Part shown: positions 24,331 through 38,204 of the stretch, in pieces
Layout of the letters: every line of letters begins with the position of its first letter
Position numbering within the stretch: the first letter of the stretch is position 1
DNA from: Camelus ferus
Lineage: Eukaryota
Direction: 5' to 3'
NCBI RefSeq assembly: GCF_009834535.1
Contig: NC_045707.1
Coordinates: 61,816,001 to 61,880,000 of the forward strand
Length of the DNA: 64,000 nucleotides
Notes under the pieces: generated by a model
What the model was told of the DNA's origin: nothing
Database searches by the model: none
The model's input: only the letters and a program-made list of their open reading frames with translations
Program-made: the position numbers and the translations under genes

Positions 24331-26439
24331 TATTTATTTTTCTCTGTGTAGTCTCCATTTATTTCTGGGCCTATTTCTGGTCAAGCTCTGCCTCAGAAAA
24401 CAATAAGAATAAATCCAGAATATATGGACAATATTAAAAATTGGACAGAATTTTTTTTCAGCTAAGAATAATTGACCAAAAAACCTGCTTTCGCTTGCTA
24501 TTCTCCCCTCATTATAAAAACAAAACAAAACAAAAATCCTACTATTACTCATTATTTTTTATCCAATATTTTATCCAAGAATTCTGAGTGAGACCCTGAG
24601 CATAATTCTTATGCCTAGTGATACTTAGTTTAGCCACCATTCTTTCTTATAGTCACTGCCACTTACTGTCTCTTGGACATATTAATTAATCTCTCTAAAA
24701 CGTGGATAATAGTGATATCCTCTCCCTAATGTCACTTTGAAGATTAAATTCAATAACATTTCTTAGTTAGATTAGATTAGCATCTAATCCCTCAGCATAT
24801 GATAATTAATATTTTTGTTCCTTTTATCTTAATTGTCATCCATACTTTGAGTTTTACATGTATGGTATCTGTTGTACATTTCATGCAACTGATGTTCATT
24901 GACCTGGATATAAAATAACAATTAAGACATGACTTCAAAAATCTCTGAGTTTTGTATCACTTTATGAACAGTCCATAGCAATTTGTGAAAAGTCAGTTCT
25001 TATGTTCAGCACTACTTTCCTTCACCTGATCAGCTTATAAATGTCTACAGATTAAATCAACACTTATTTATTCAATAAACAGCATTTGGAATAGCAGATG
25101 GCTTTGAGTGGCATGCATATTATTTCTTTGGGCCTTAGTGATATATTGAGCAATCATTTTCTATGTAATGATTGCTTTAGGAAATGGAGCAATTTATTCC
25201 AAAAGTACAAGGCAGACACATGGTACATGGGCACAATGACACAAATAGACATATGCAGGTGGCAATGACATCAATACAACCAGTGTAAGTTCTGGCGACA
25301 GCTTTGAAGCACCAATCTGCCTTTGGGCTACAACAAGCACTACCCATATGACCATTCTTGATTTGTTTTAAGATGATATTAACTAACTTTGGTTTTTAAC
25401 TTTTCGTTTGAAACTTAGTCTGCCGCAGCAAGGTTCTGAATAATGCATAATGGCTAGCCTAGTTCTTCAAGTTTTATTCTACATGATGCCTGACTCAACA
25501 GACACTTCAAGGAAGAAAAATGCCTACTAATTTACGTACCACTATGTACATAAATATATTTCTTTCCTGGATAGGACTTGGGACATTGGATACCAATAAC
25601 AAACCCTCTTTAAAATGAATTTCCTGGAATATATTTCTGGTTTCCGTACAGAAATATAGTGCCTACCATAGTACTTGAAACTGCCAAATTTGCTGAGATT
25701 TTGGGATAGATATATTGGCATCGTCCAAATCTGACCGATCCTACATCTGTGATACAATGGGAATTACAGGTTACCACTCCCCCCTCCACCACAAACCTTG
25801 CTGTTTGCTAAATAAAACAGATCTCTTTCTCTGACTTGCAAGGGATTCAGGATTGTACAATTCAGTCACAAATGCTGACAGGATAAGAATAATATCTTTT
25901 CTTCTTCAATCATCACTTTTCTCTCTTTTGGATTTCTTTTTCTTTTTTTTTTTTTTTTTTAATTTAGCAAGTCAAGACACAATATTTTTGTGCTCTAGAA
26001 AAGAAACAAAAGCAACTCCAGCTTGAAATGCATGTCTTGAATTATCTGTGGGACCAGAGCTGGAAATCATACTCTCACATTCACTTTTCTCCCGCTGTCC
26101 TTATTTAATATTTAATCATTACAACTTGCCATAACCTAAAAAGAAGAATTTAATAAGACTGGAAGTAGTTTTTCCTGTGTGCGTGTGCTCAAAAGCTATT
26201 TATTTTTAAGTTAAATCTTTTTGTCCAGGGGCCAGTGCCTGTTGGGTGGGAAGAGGGTGCGGCTACAGACTTCTGGAAGATCAAGGTGAGCTTGTCAACT
26301 TACAAATAGACTTGATTCGTATTCTGATATTTTCCTAGGTTTGTAATTTGTTCCCAAAGAGCTCCTGGTTTAATGATGTCAGCATTATGATTTTATCAGC
26401 ATGAAACATACCATTCATTTTCTGTTAAAAATTTCCCCT

Positions 26440-27140
26440 GACCCACTCCTTTTCATCTCTCAAACTACACTCACATGAGGCAAAACATTCCTGAAAAAAG
26501 TCTCGTCCTTAGCTTCTCCACTTTCTTTCAGCGCTCTCTTTAATGCTTTCCTTCTGGTTTTCACATACTCCACACCTACCAGAGATTGCTTTTAAGGGGT
26601 CACCTCTCACCTCCCTCTAGTTTGAAAATCTAGTGGAGAACTCCCCATTCTCCTCTTTTGCAGCTCTCAGAGACTTCTGACACAAGTAAGCTCTTTATTC
26701 TTCTGAAAGAATTTTCCTCTTTCAGTCTCTGAGAAACTACAAAAATTTTTCTAGTTTTGTTTCTACCTAATTTCCCTCTTAGCTTCTTGCCTGTTTTTGA
26801 AATCTTCTACTATCAAGAGTAATCCCAGACTCATTTCTATACACACACACACGATATGTGAATTATTATGATTGCTGTTATTATTAAAAGTGTTTGGACC
26901 TTTGTTTCTATAATTCTATCCTTGAGTTTACCATTGAGATCCAGAGTTGGTACCTACCTGACAACTTGATACTTCCACTTGAATGTCTAATAGCAATGTG
27001 AAATTGAATGAGTCAATCAAAGTTGTTTATTTTTAACCAACCTAATTTTTTTTTCCTCCTTCGGTGTTCAGTCTCCTTAAATGACACCACTTTCCATCCA
27101 TTAGCTCAAATCAAGATTTTAGGAATCATCCTTGAGTCCT
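26440..27140 (+). mobile_element. L2 LINE fragment
   Basis: gagattgcttttaaggggtcacc, cttccacttgaatgtctaatagc and aaatgacaccactttccatcca...taggaatcatccttgagtcctctctctt. Confidence 0.7.
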
Positions 27141-27164
27141 CTCTCTTTCTTATCATCTGACCAT

Positions 27165-27690
27165 GTATTCATTTTCTATTCATCCATTGAATAAACAAAT
27201 AGTTAACGAGCAGTAACTATGAACCTATTGCTCTGAGCCCTAGAGGTCTGGGAGTCAGCACAACAGTTAAGTTCTCCGCTTGGATGGAACTTACATGTAA
27301 GTAGGAAAAGCTAGTAACAAACACATAAATGAAATATTTGATTGTAGTTAAGTGCTATGAGCAGCCTGGGACAAGGGCAAAGGTGACTCCTTGAAATTGT
27401 AGATTCTGAAGAGTTCTCTTTAAGAGATGGCATTTCATTTTGAACCTAAATGACAGAAGAAGAAAGATGAAGAGGAAGAAGTTGAGGATGCAACTTAACT
27501 TGTTTGAGTTAAATAAAATGGCTGGTGTGGCTTTATAGTGGATAATGATGAGTGTCACTGGAAATGAAGCCAAACAGGTCATGGGATCACGAATAAGCTT
27601 AAGGAGTTTGTAAATCATTCTAAGGGATACAGCGTTGGAGGATTCTAAGCAGGATGCTGATATAGAAGGACTTAACCTCGTAAAAAGATC
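27165..27690 (-). mobile_element. L2 LINE 3' fragment in opposite orientation
   Basis: tcatccattgaataaacaaatagttaacgagc (reverse L2 tail), tggaacttacat and taagtgctatga. Confidence 0.65.
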
Positions 27691-28362
27691 AGTACTCCTC
27701 TATCTAATCTATAGCCTGTTTCTTTTTTGCTCAGAATCTTTAATGAAATTCATAATTGAATAAATGAGTGCCTTGCATATAGCAAATGCATGAGAAATAT
27801 CAAAAGAATGAATGATAAAACAAGCAAAAATATATCTTATGTAATTTTATGTCTGTGAATTAAAAAAAACTCAATACTTTAAAATTAAATTGTAATTTGG
27901 AGTTTTCCATTTTATCAAAATTAGTAGATTTGGGGTGAATTTAATTAACTTCAATTCTCAAAAAATACACATTGTATGTTATATATCTTATTTATTTAAA
28001 ATGTTATGAAAAAGGAATCAGGCATAGTCTCTGTCCTCAAGGGACTCAAACTCAAATAAGGCACATTATAGTCCAACCTGTGAGTTGATCACAGCACTTT
28101 CCCAACACAAAGGCAAACATGGGCTTTCTAGTTTTTTCTTTCCTTCTTTCCTTCATTCTCTTTCTCTTTCTATAGGAAAGCTACCTTAGACTAGGCATAG
28201 AAGCAGAACAGAAATACGGAAAGAGTTTTAAGCAATTAAGGAGAGTGTGAAGGATACTGTTCATTTACAGGCATCAGGTGACTTTAGTTCTTTTGGCATC
28301 TGAGACTGATACATCACTAAATTTGGTTATAAATTATTCTAAGCTTGATTGTAGAATGGCTC

Positions 28363-28765
28363 TGTACTAGCCAGCCTGGGTTGCCATAACAAGATACCAC
28401 AGACTAGGTCACGTGGACAACAGAAATCTGTTTTCTCATCATTTTGGAGGCTGGAAGTTTAAGATCAAGTGCCAGCAGGACTGGTTTCTGCTGAGACCTC
28501 TCTCCTTGGCTTGCAGATGGTCACCTTCCCACTGTGTCATCACATGACCATTTCTCAGTGTGTATGCAGAGAGAGAGAGAGAACATACTGGGGAGTGGGT
28601 TCTGGTGTTTCCTCCTCTTCCTAAAAGTACATCAGTCTATCAGTCTGCCCTTATGATCTCACCCTCAACTACCTCCTAGAAGCTTCTATCTCCAAAAACA
28701 GTCACACTGAGGGTTAAAGTTTCAATATGTGAATTTTTGGTGGGGACTCAATTCAGTCCATAACC
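28363..28765 (-). mobile_element. MaLR LTR (MLT1A/B-like), full length with probable 5-bp TSD
   Basis: tgtactag...gccataacaagataccacagact...ggaggctggaagtttaagatcaag...attcagtccataac. Flanks ggctc (28358-28362) / cgctc (28766-28770). Confidence 0.9.
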
Positions 28766-28779
28766 CGCTCTAAGCACTC

Positions 28780-29020
28780 ACAATTGACTACTGCATAAAT
28801 TCTCTCTTAAATCTTCCGTAAATCTAGCTGTTTAAAACAACAAAAAATTCATTGTCTTGACGTTTCTGTGGTACAGGAATTGGGAGGAGGCTTAGCTCGG
28901 TAATTGTGACTCAGGGCTGCTAATGAATTTGCAGCCAAAGCATCAGCTGGTGCTACAATTTTCTGAAGGCTCGACTGGAGCTGCCGGATCCACTTAAAAG
29001 ATGGTTCACTCACGTGGGTA
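28780..29020 (-). mobile_element. MaLR LTR fragment (MLT1G/H-like)
   Basis: tttctgtggtacaggaattgggaggaggcttagctcgg...ctgaaggctcgactggagctg...aagatggttcactcacgtgg. Confidence 0.75.
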
Positions 29021-30769
29021 CAATTTAAAACTATCACAGCCACCTCAAATAATTCTTGGTTTTATAAATCTTCCTGTCTCTAAATAATTTAATTTCAATG
29101 TAGATACATGACAGTGCTTTAAAACTAAAGCGTGTTGAAATTTATAAGAAATGGATGAGTTAGGCTATTTACTCTGAAATTCAGAAAGGAGTTCCTCGGA
29201 TGGGTCAGTCGCTGGTGGTAGCAATAATCAATCGAAAAGAGAGGAACTAGTATTTTTGTCAGTATAAGATACAGGAGTCTGATTTTTACTAGTTCATAAC
29301 AGTTTGTTCGCATTTTAGCAAAGGAAAAAAAGGCTGGTAATTGATTATACTTTAATGTCATACATTAAATACTTCATTTTTTACCGAAATGTTGCTTGAA
29401 GTATCGTTATAAAAAGACACTGGCGCTCACAGAAGAGAGCCACAAATGATTACTACAGTTGTTTTGCAATGTATGTTCATTGGTCCATATGGTGTAATTT
29501 TCTGAGGCTGCGAATATGAGCTTTGATTTTGGCCTTGCACAGTAAGACAGGGCACATGGGTGGCCCTTCACTTTATTGAGAATACTCAATGGATTTTTTT
29601 TTTTTTTTAATTCTTTTGACCTGCTAGGCTATTTCAAGGACTGAGAACAAAGCAACAGCTAAAGATGTGTTTTAGATGTTATCACTGGAAATGCTTCTTC
29701 AGATGTCAACAGATATTCAGAGGCCAGGAAGACCTTAACCTTGCAATGTTGACATGAGGACTATAATTGCTTTTGAAATGGTAGTGTGGTTGGCAGTGAA
29801 CTTTCACGAAGTGCAGCATTGCAGTTTACAGCCTTGTTTCAGAATTGCAAGGAATCTCTGATCTTGTAACTATATTCCAGTGGAAAGCACCAGGAGGAGA
29901 AGACTGGCGATCTGGGTTCCAGCGATGTGAGCAGGCCACTTAGCCCTTTTGGCCTGTCTCCTTCACTACAAAATGAAAAGTTAGGGCTCATTGCTTTCTG
30001 AGGGTTCCCAAAGTTCCACAGTTCTGCGATTATTTTGAAGTAGGAAACATAGAGTATTATTAACCTGATTACTATGAAAATATCAGTGAGAACAATGAGC
30101 TGTAAAAGATGCAATTTTAATTCCTATGTGACCAAGCCAATTTAACACTGAACCTTTATAAGATTTTTTATGAAATAAAGCTATTCAGAATATAATTTAC
30201 ATCAATATTAAAATTCCATGGAAGCAGCGAGGTTGACATCTAAACTAACAACAACTTTTCAGACATTATGATGACCAAGAGCTGTCTATTAATTATCTAT
30301 TTGTTACCTATTCCTGCTATAAAATTCAGGAATTACATAACATAAACGCTATCTCTGTAACATCTAGTATTAGCATATTACACAAGACCAGAGATATGAT
30401 CTTATAATAAATGTTACCGTGTAATGATTTCTAGTGAGGTGATGACAGATAACACTTTTCTAAACATATTATCACCAAAGAATTTAGTGTAAAAAGGGAA
30501 CTAAAATTTTTTGAGTAAGCTATGTTTGAGCCATAGTGCTCAGATATTTATTTATATAGCATGTCATTTAATAAAATTGATTCATAAAATTACTTAAGCT
30601 AAGGTTGAATGTCATTAGCTTAGGTAACGTTTTGCTGTAGACAGAAGGTCAGGAGAGTTGACAGTAAATACTTGCTATGTGACCTTAAACGGACCATCTA
30701 ACCTGAATTGACCTTAATGCTCTTGTCTTTGCAATTAAGGGTTTGGAGTGATGGATCGCCTTGTGCAGT

Positions 30770-30995
30770 TGGAAGATACGGTTTAAAATTAAACCTGTAT
30801 TTGATTGTCTGCTCTTTTGCTTACTGGTTACATAACATTAAGCAAGTTAATTAAACATATTAAGACGATTTCTTTAGCTGCAACATTGGGGTAATATGGT
30901 GCTGTTTCAGGGTTGTTTTAATATTTGATTACATGAGACACTGCACATCAACTATCTCAGACTGTTCCAGCACATAGTAGGTGCTTTTAAAAATG
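30770..30995 (+). mobile_element. MIR SINE
   Basis: cttactggttacataacattaagcaagttaattaaac...cagcacatagtaggtgct. Confidence 0.6.
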
Positions 30996-33764
30996 GAACC
31001 AGATCCTTATGTTCTCCTTGGCCTCAAAAAAAAAAAAAAAAAAAAGACTAAATTAAAAAAAATTAATTTATATTTTCTACTAATTGGACTAATAAGCTTG
31101 GAAACTACAGGGAATTAGGTCATTCATCCATCAGTGTACTTTGTTAATAGTGAAAGGAATTTTATATTTGTAAATATAAAATATTTGTTTTATAATATAT
31201 TAAAAATTCATGAATATACATGTATGAGTAGAACAGTTTATATCATGTGATGCTGTCACTTTGAAATCTCAGGATCTCAAGGAGATGGGAGGTCACTGGC
31301 AAAGGATGACACTTAAGATGCAGAATTGATAACCTGGTTGAGTAAATGCCAACTAATTTTCACTAAAATTAGAAAAGCCAACGACATCAAGATAATGCAT
31401 CTGTCCTGCCGGTGGCACCTCCTCTCCTGCCAGCCCCTCTCTGGTATCAGATCGTAGGCTTGCTTTTTGGTGACCGATGTCACTGACCTGTGGGACACAA
31501 GCAAGCTCTGAAAACGCCATACAAAGGGCATTTATGCCTGAACTTATGCTAGGTTAAGATTTTGCTAGAGAAATCAAATACACAAGTGCCATGTTTTGTT
31601 TTTCATAGTCTGATGCTCCCCTCTGAAAGCTCTCGGGTGACGGCAGGCCTCGTACATTTCAGACTAAAAGACATTCATTGTGGGATAAAATGCAAAACAA
31701 AACAAAACAACAAAACAGGTTTGTTATTAATAACACACACAAAACAGCATGGAAGTTAAGGCAAATTAAATACAATCCTGATAGTTCACGTGGGTGGTAA
31801 GATGCTCCAGTTTCTGACGGACCTGCAGCAAAGGCCATTGCCATTTTTGTTTTATGGGCTCTAATTGTCAAATGCCCATCTGGCTCCATGGCTCACCTTC
31901 TGCCGGCAAAGCTGCCCAGCTGGCCATCCATATCATCTGGAGCCCAGGTGCTTATATCCTGGACCAGTGAAGTGTTCACAGGACCACCTGCTATGTTCAC
32001 AGTGGTGCATATAGCATTTTAATTTTAATATTAAAAAACAAAACATGTGAAGGTTATTGGATAGTTTTACTCTCAGTATCTTTCTCATGTCCCTGTAATG
32101 CTAGTTAGGCACAACTAGCCATCCCACGGCAGCTACGATATGTCAGTTTAAGTTGTGGGAAGACAAACAGGTACTAGGGCTTGCTTTGAAAATGTCCTTC
32201 TGAAATGCTGAGTTATTGAGTAACCATATGCCCCCTTTGGTCTTGGACAACCCTTAGTTCAGGTCTGTTGTCACAGCATAATTATTGAAAACTTTTTTGT
32301 TTACCCTCAAAAGTTCCTGATGTGGACAACAGATCTTGTGGTTACCCCATAATCTCCTTAACAATGACATCAAAGCACCCAACATTCTTCCTAATATTCT
32401 ACCCCTTTCTACTTTTAAGCACCAAATTCGGAGCTGGATAAATAAGCAATGCAAATATGACTAAAAACAGGTGGACGATCCTAGAGCAATCTTACACGAT
32501 GAGTTAGTCAGTGCTGGTGCAGGCACGTGCTGGAAGATGCCGACTGGCATTGATGACCAGTGTGGTAAATACTAAGGCAAGTGAAGGTGAGGGATTGAAA
32601 TGACAGCGTTAGGGGTTCTTATTAGCACTGAGTAGGCTTGTTGCCAAAAAACCCTACTAAGTAGCAGAAGGAAGAGGGCTGAAGCAGGAAGGTAAGAAAG
32701 AGGCCACGGGAAAATGGACTCCAATGAATTAGGCTGAGTGGGTGGTAAACCAACAAGGCAATTTGTCAGGGGCAATACTTTGGGTTATTTTTTTGTGAGA
32801 AAAAAATGGGTTAGCAATTCTTGTGAGTAACAGAAGCAGTGAATACGAGGTTTAGGAAGAGACCTTTAATAATACTGCTAGCTCCTTGCCAAAAGTACCT
32901 TGGACTTCCCATTGAAAAATTATGTCTCTGTTATAGAAATGAATCATGTCTGAGTCATCAGCTAATCTTCTTTTTCCTAATTTGAAGCTCACTAAGCAAC
33001 TTTTCTTTTTTCCCTTTGGGGAGAAGCACATTATTTATATTTCTCAGTATAATGAGTATATTAGCATTCTAATAAATATATATGAAAGATCTTGCCAATT
33101 CAGTTTCTTAAACATTTAATCAATGTGAAGACATTCCTAATTTCAAGCCACAGTGAGGCAGGAGCACCACTCAGCAAGCAAAGATCATCGCTGTGCCCTC
33201 TTTGTGATTAAACATTCAATATTGCCCTGGGGAAAACTTCATTTCATGGTTTTCTTTATCATTAAAAAAAAAGCATATGCTTATCTACTGTTGTGAAGTC
33301 AATAAATGCTAAATAAAGTAAGTATCGCCAAATTTACATATTAAAATACTGGAATTTGAAAGTACTCAAAGCCACAGAGTGAATCCCTAGAAATGTAAAG
33401 TGGAAATAGATCATAGGTCTCCCAAATTCTTATTTATTGCTCAGCTTATTAGCATACACATTTTAAAGCTATGTATTAAATCGTCAAGGAAATGAATGCT
33501 TATACCTTTTCAGAAAAGATACAAAAGTACTTAAACATACTGGTCAGGATTTCTTTTAAAGAAATACATATCTCGACTCTGTCTTGATATTTACAGGGCA
33601 ATGAGAGCCATTAACCTAAGATGACATTATTTTGCGGTAACATTAAACATCTTCAGCCTATTTTAGAGAACATTTATATCCTAGACTTAGTTTAACAATT
33701 GACTACATCTTTCCAATGATGAATGCTTTTCCCATCTTTGAGCACTCTTAAGTGTAACCTGCTT

Positions 33765-35170
33765 TAATTTTTTTTGCAAAAGCAATACATTCATACAATA
33801 AAAATTCAAAAGGAGTGAAAGGAAATAGAATTAAAATTGTCCTCTTCTCTTCTTAGCCTTCACAGAGTTTCCTTCCCCAGAAGCAAGTACTATTATCAGT
33901 TTCTTGTAAATTCCTTCCTTGTATATTGTTTGAGAAACACACACATCCACAATTTTATTGTTTTTACACAGAGAGTTACTATACTATACTTATTACTTCA
34001 TGCCTTACTTTTAAAAAATGTTTCCCTCTATAGCACAGCATTCTTTTTTAATATCAGTTCACACAGAGCTGTCATATTCTTTTTAAATAGTGCTTAGTTT
34101 CTATAATGACTACATGAGCACAACCGACATGAACCACCCTCTGTTGACAAACAGATATACTATTTTCAATGCTGCCTTGGATTTCCTTGCACATCTGCTA
34201 TTTTGCTGAGATGTGAGGAAGCTAAACAACAGGGTATAGACTATCTGGGTAAAGGGACATGTGAATTTAAACGTTCTGTAGATGTTGTCTGCAGAGGTTG
34301 CAATAGACAGTATTTTGGTTTACATTTCCTCTAAGTATGTACGGGAATATGGGACAATGTCCCTGTCTTCCACCCTTGCCCACAATGTGTGGAATGAAAT
34401 CTTTAGTTTCTTTGGGTATATACTAGGTGAAAACCGGTATTTGTAGTTAAATTTTAGAATTTTCTTATTATGAATTAATTTTGGCGTTTTACTGTGTTTA
34501 AGACTCAATTTCCATGAAATGTTTTTATCTCTTTCCCTGGAGGAAGAAAATGCCAGTGGCTTCAATAGCCAGTCTTCTCTTTGTCATTTATTAAGGGAAC
34601 AACTTGCCTCCATAGGCAAATGTCTGAATTCTTAATGAAGAGATGTGACCACAAATATATGTGTAATTTCTGAGTTGTATTGTCTCGCTGCCTTTTCTCT
34701 TTAGAAATGATGAATGTTTGTACAAGATGACGAGACAGACAAGCTACGTTAGATCTTGGATAGAAGTTACATTTGTAGGGAAGCTGAGCAACAATATAAC
34801 ACTTGGGCTACTTATATACACGCTATTATATGAGACAGGAAAAAAAAAACCCCTAATTTTAAAGCTATCTTGCTTTAGCAATTATTATTTTGATGTTTTT
34901 TTTTAACATAAACTTCATCTGTATGTTAATGAATGTGGACAAATTATATTGAGTCATTGGTATTTTTCTAATTGACTTGTAGATGCTACTATATGCAAAC
35001 ACTAAAAAGCTCTGAATAATTCATACAAAATTTTCCTCTCCAATTTGGTGTTTGTTGTTCAGATTTATGATTTTTTGCTAAAGTGAATTTTTTATATTTG
35101 TTTTATCAAATTTATCATAAAAGTTTCCTTTTATGGAATCATGATTTTTAGCAGTTTTTAAAAAGATTTC
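33765..35170 (-). mobile_element. Ancient L1 (L1ME-like) 3' fragments
   Basis: aataaaaattcaaa, ccttccccagaagcaagtactattatcagtttcttgt, ggtgaaaaccggtatttg and ttctaattgacttgtagatgc are typical reverse old-L1 3' motifs. Confidence 0.6.
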
Positions 35171-35229
35171 CCCCATGGGGTGCTTATTTTTTAAATTGCT
35201 TTGTAAACACATACTTTTTAAAAAAGTAT

Positions 35230-36055
35230 GACATTTCTACTATACACAAAGATCAATACAAGACTGACGGCAGACATGGAAGTGACAGATCAAACATAAA
35301 GGTTTTATAGGAAAAGTAGGAAAGTAAGTTGTGATGGCAAAGTGTGCGATTTTTAAATAATAAATTAGAAATGTTAACACTTAAAGAAAAAAATATAAAT
35401 ATTACCAAGATTAAGAACTGTTCATCAGATAAAGAGAAAAAGTGAGTAAAAAGGGCAAGGAAAGTCCAGGAGAAGATATTTGTGTATTTTTGGAAAGATA
35501 TTTATATACGGAATAGCTAAAGTCCTAAAAGGTAATAGATAAAAACAGACAACACAACAGATAAATGGAGAGAAGACATTAAGTCACTTTGCAAAAGAGC
35601 AAAATCAAATGTGCCATAAGTATATGAAAAATGCTCACCATCATTATTCACCAAGGAAATACAAATTAAAGTCACAATGTGATATCACCATAAATCCACC
35701 AAAATAACTAATGTTTTAAGATACAATATAAAAGCATTGGTGAGGATGCAGAGCAACTGAAATCCTCACAAACTTATGGAAATGTACAATGGAAATCTAT
35801 ATGGCAGAAACTACCACAGCTAAACATATGAATATCCAAGAATACTAATTTCCAATAGAATTATGTACATATGTTACCAAAAAAGGTGTAAGAATACATG
35901 TAATACCCCAAATTGAAAATGATTATGTTTTCATCAATACTAGAATGGATAGATAAATGTAGTGTATTCTCACAAGGAAATACTACAGAACAATCAGTAG
36001 AGATGACAGTACATTCAACAACTGTGTTTAATGATATGGATGCATCCCACAAACA
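35230..36055 (+). mobile_element. Ancient L1 ORF2 end / 3'UTR fragment
   Basis: atatgaaaaatgctcaccatcattattcaccaaggaaatacaaattaaagtcacaatg, ttggtgaggatgcagagcaactgaaatcctca and gaatggatagataaatgtagtgtattc. Confidence 0.8.
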
Positions 36056-37702
36056 CATAAGCCATGCATCTTTAACAGGGCTGAGATTGCCCCCAACAGG
36101 GCAGATGAGAGATGAAAAACTTATTCTTTTTATATACATAAAAAGCACAGCTATAACAGGATTGGCGAATGCTTCTTAAATGCTGTCTGAAATCTAGTTT
36201 CTACTAAATCCCTTTTTATCAAGTTGTGTTACCTCCTTGGCCACAGGGGAGATTCTGGTGAAAGAAGACTTGTTCTGAATTTTCACTATCACACCATGAA
36301 GCAAACAGAGGAACGATGCCTACTTAACCTACCACAGAGCCCAGCCTTACAAGTATAGGGTGAATATCTGTTGGTTGGTGCTGACCCTTGGCCAAACCTA
36401 ACTAAAATGTATCAGCTGTTGATCAATGCAGTTACAAGCTAGGGTCCAATGTTGGGGTAGTCTATGTTATCCTGTCACCATCATTTATGAACAGTGTGCA
36501 GAATGATGATCTTCACTTGGTTTTTGTTATGCTATCTTGTTTTCCTTTCCAGCCTGGTTTGGCTGGATAACCAGGTGGGATACAAAAGATCTCTCCTTGA
36601 ATGAGATTGTGGCTCCCTGGGAACCAAAGTTATCACACGTATTTTGTGGTTTGTGATCCAATAGCGAAGCATGTTTTATGTAACCAGAAACAGACTTTAG
36701 AAGCTGAAGCTGGAGATCTCAGATTTTCATGATGTTTGCCCGTGCTTTCTCCTTCTTCTGTGCTGTACCCCTCACTTTCATCAAAGCATTACATGCGTAT
36801 TGCTTTTCTTACTGATCATTGCACTAATTTCAACCGGCTTAACTGATGTACCATCTTACCACTCAAATGAATCACTGCTGCTTCTAAGGAATAGAACAAA
36901 TGCGAGGGCTAGAGAGAAAGCAGCTCTCTCTCTAAACTTCCCTAAAGTCAAAGTTTCTATATTGTGGAACATGTTAAAATAATATGGAGAAAGGGAAGGA
37001 ATGATTAGTTGACACTCTATTCTTTTAATTTGAGTCCATCCAATAACATAGCTGACCCATGAGGTAAGAGAGTAGTTCACCAGGTAAATACTTCTCCTGT
37101 CTTTGAGGGGTATTTCCTGGATAGTAACTACTGCTCTTCTCTGTGTCTTTCTGGGAACCGCATGAGCAGTTGATCTTTTGCCCTCGAAGCCTCATAGATA
37201 GGCTAAAAGAGAGTCTAATTATATTAAATCCAATCATATAAATGCACTCTTGGCTGATAATTCTTTCCCTATTTTTCCAAATTCAAATTATACTCAGCAG
37301 TGTTGTCGAAAATATGTTAGCTCACAAAAGATTATGCAATAGGCTCTCAGATCAGAGTCTGAAAATGGCTGTTAAATAAGACAACCTCAGGAGCAGGAAA
37401 AATGCCCTAACTGTGAGCATCAAGTCCCCACTTTCTAGGGAAAGCACTAAATAGAATCTACATGGTTTCTTTAATTTGGAGAACACTATCTTCAACAAAC
37501 AATATTGTACACACTACCTCAAGTGAAAAAGTATTAACATGTTCTATATTTTACTCCAGTCTTTTGTAATAAGTGAAATAACCTATTACTGATAAAGTTG
37601 GAATCTCTTTCACATGCTCCTACAATTCTATTTCTTTATTTCTATCCCTGGAGAAAAATCATTGCCTAGAATTTGGTATGTGTTCTTCCAGTACATATTT
37701 TA

Positions 37703-37849
37703 TTTTATTTTTAAAAAATTAATCTTTATTTTGAGGGGGAGGTAATTTGTTTTGCTCATCTATTTATTTGATAGAGGTACTGGGGTTTGAACCCAGGACC
37801 TGGAACTTGCTAGCATGCACTCTACCACTGAGCTATACATTCCCTCCCT
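37703..37849 (-). mobile_element. tRNA-Ala-derived SINE (Vic-1-like)
   Basis: gaggtactggggtttgaacccaggacc...gcatgcactctaccactgagctatac. Probable TSD catatttta (37694-37702 / 37850-37858). Confidence 0.88.
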
Positions 37850-38204
37850 CATATTTTAATAATTTTCCTAAATATATATTTATCCATAAACGCAATGTAG
37901 CAATATATCTTATGCTTTCATTTGTATAATATGATTCACATCTTTTAGATACATATGGGGTGTTTTTTCCAATGTCACATTAGGTTTTTGAGACCTATGT
38001 ATCTTGAAACATAGATTCAGGAGATTCAAGCCCTAAATTCTCCACAATTCTATTTCTTGTTTTTCTCTATCTGCAAAAGTATCAATTGCTCTTAATCACT
38101 TGTTAATATCAGTGGTAGTATCATCATATAGTATTATAAATTTCATACTTGTTAATATTTTCTCTTCTCTCTCACTTTCTCTCTTCCTCTCTCACTGCTT
38201 TAAC

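Noticed and set aside
33765..36055. Back-to-back old L1 segments as a second twin-priming inversion
   Set aside because: Both segments appear to cover the same ORF2-end/3'UTR region, which fits two independent insertions better.
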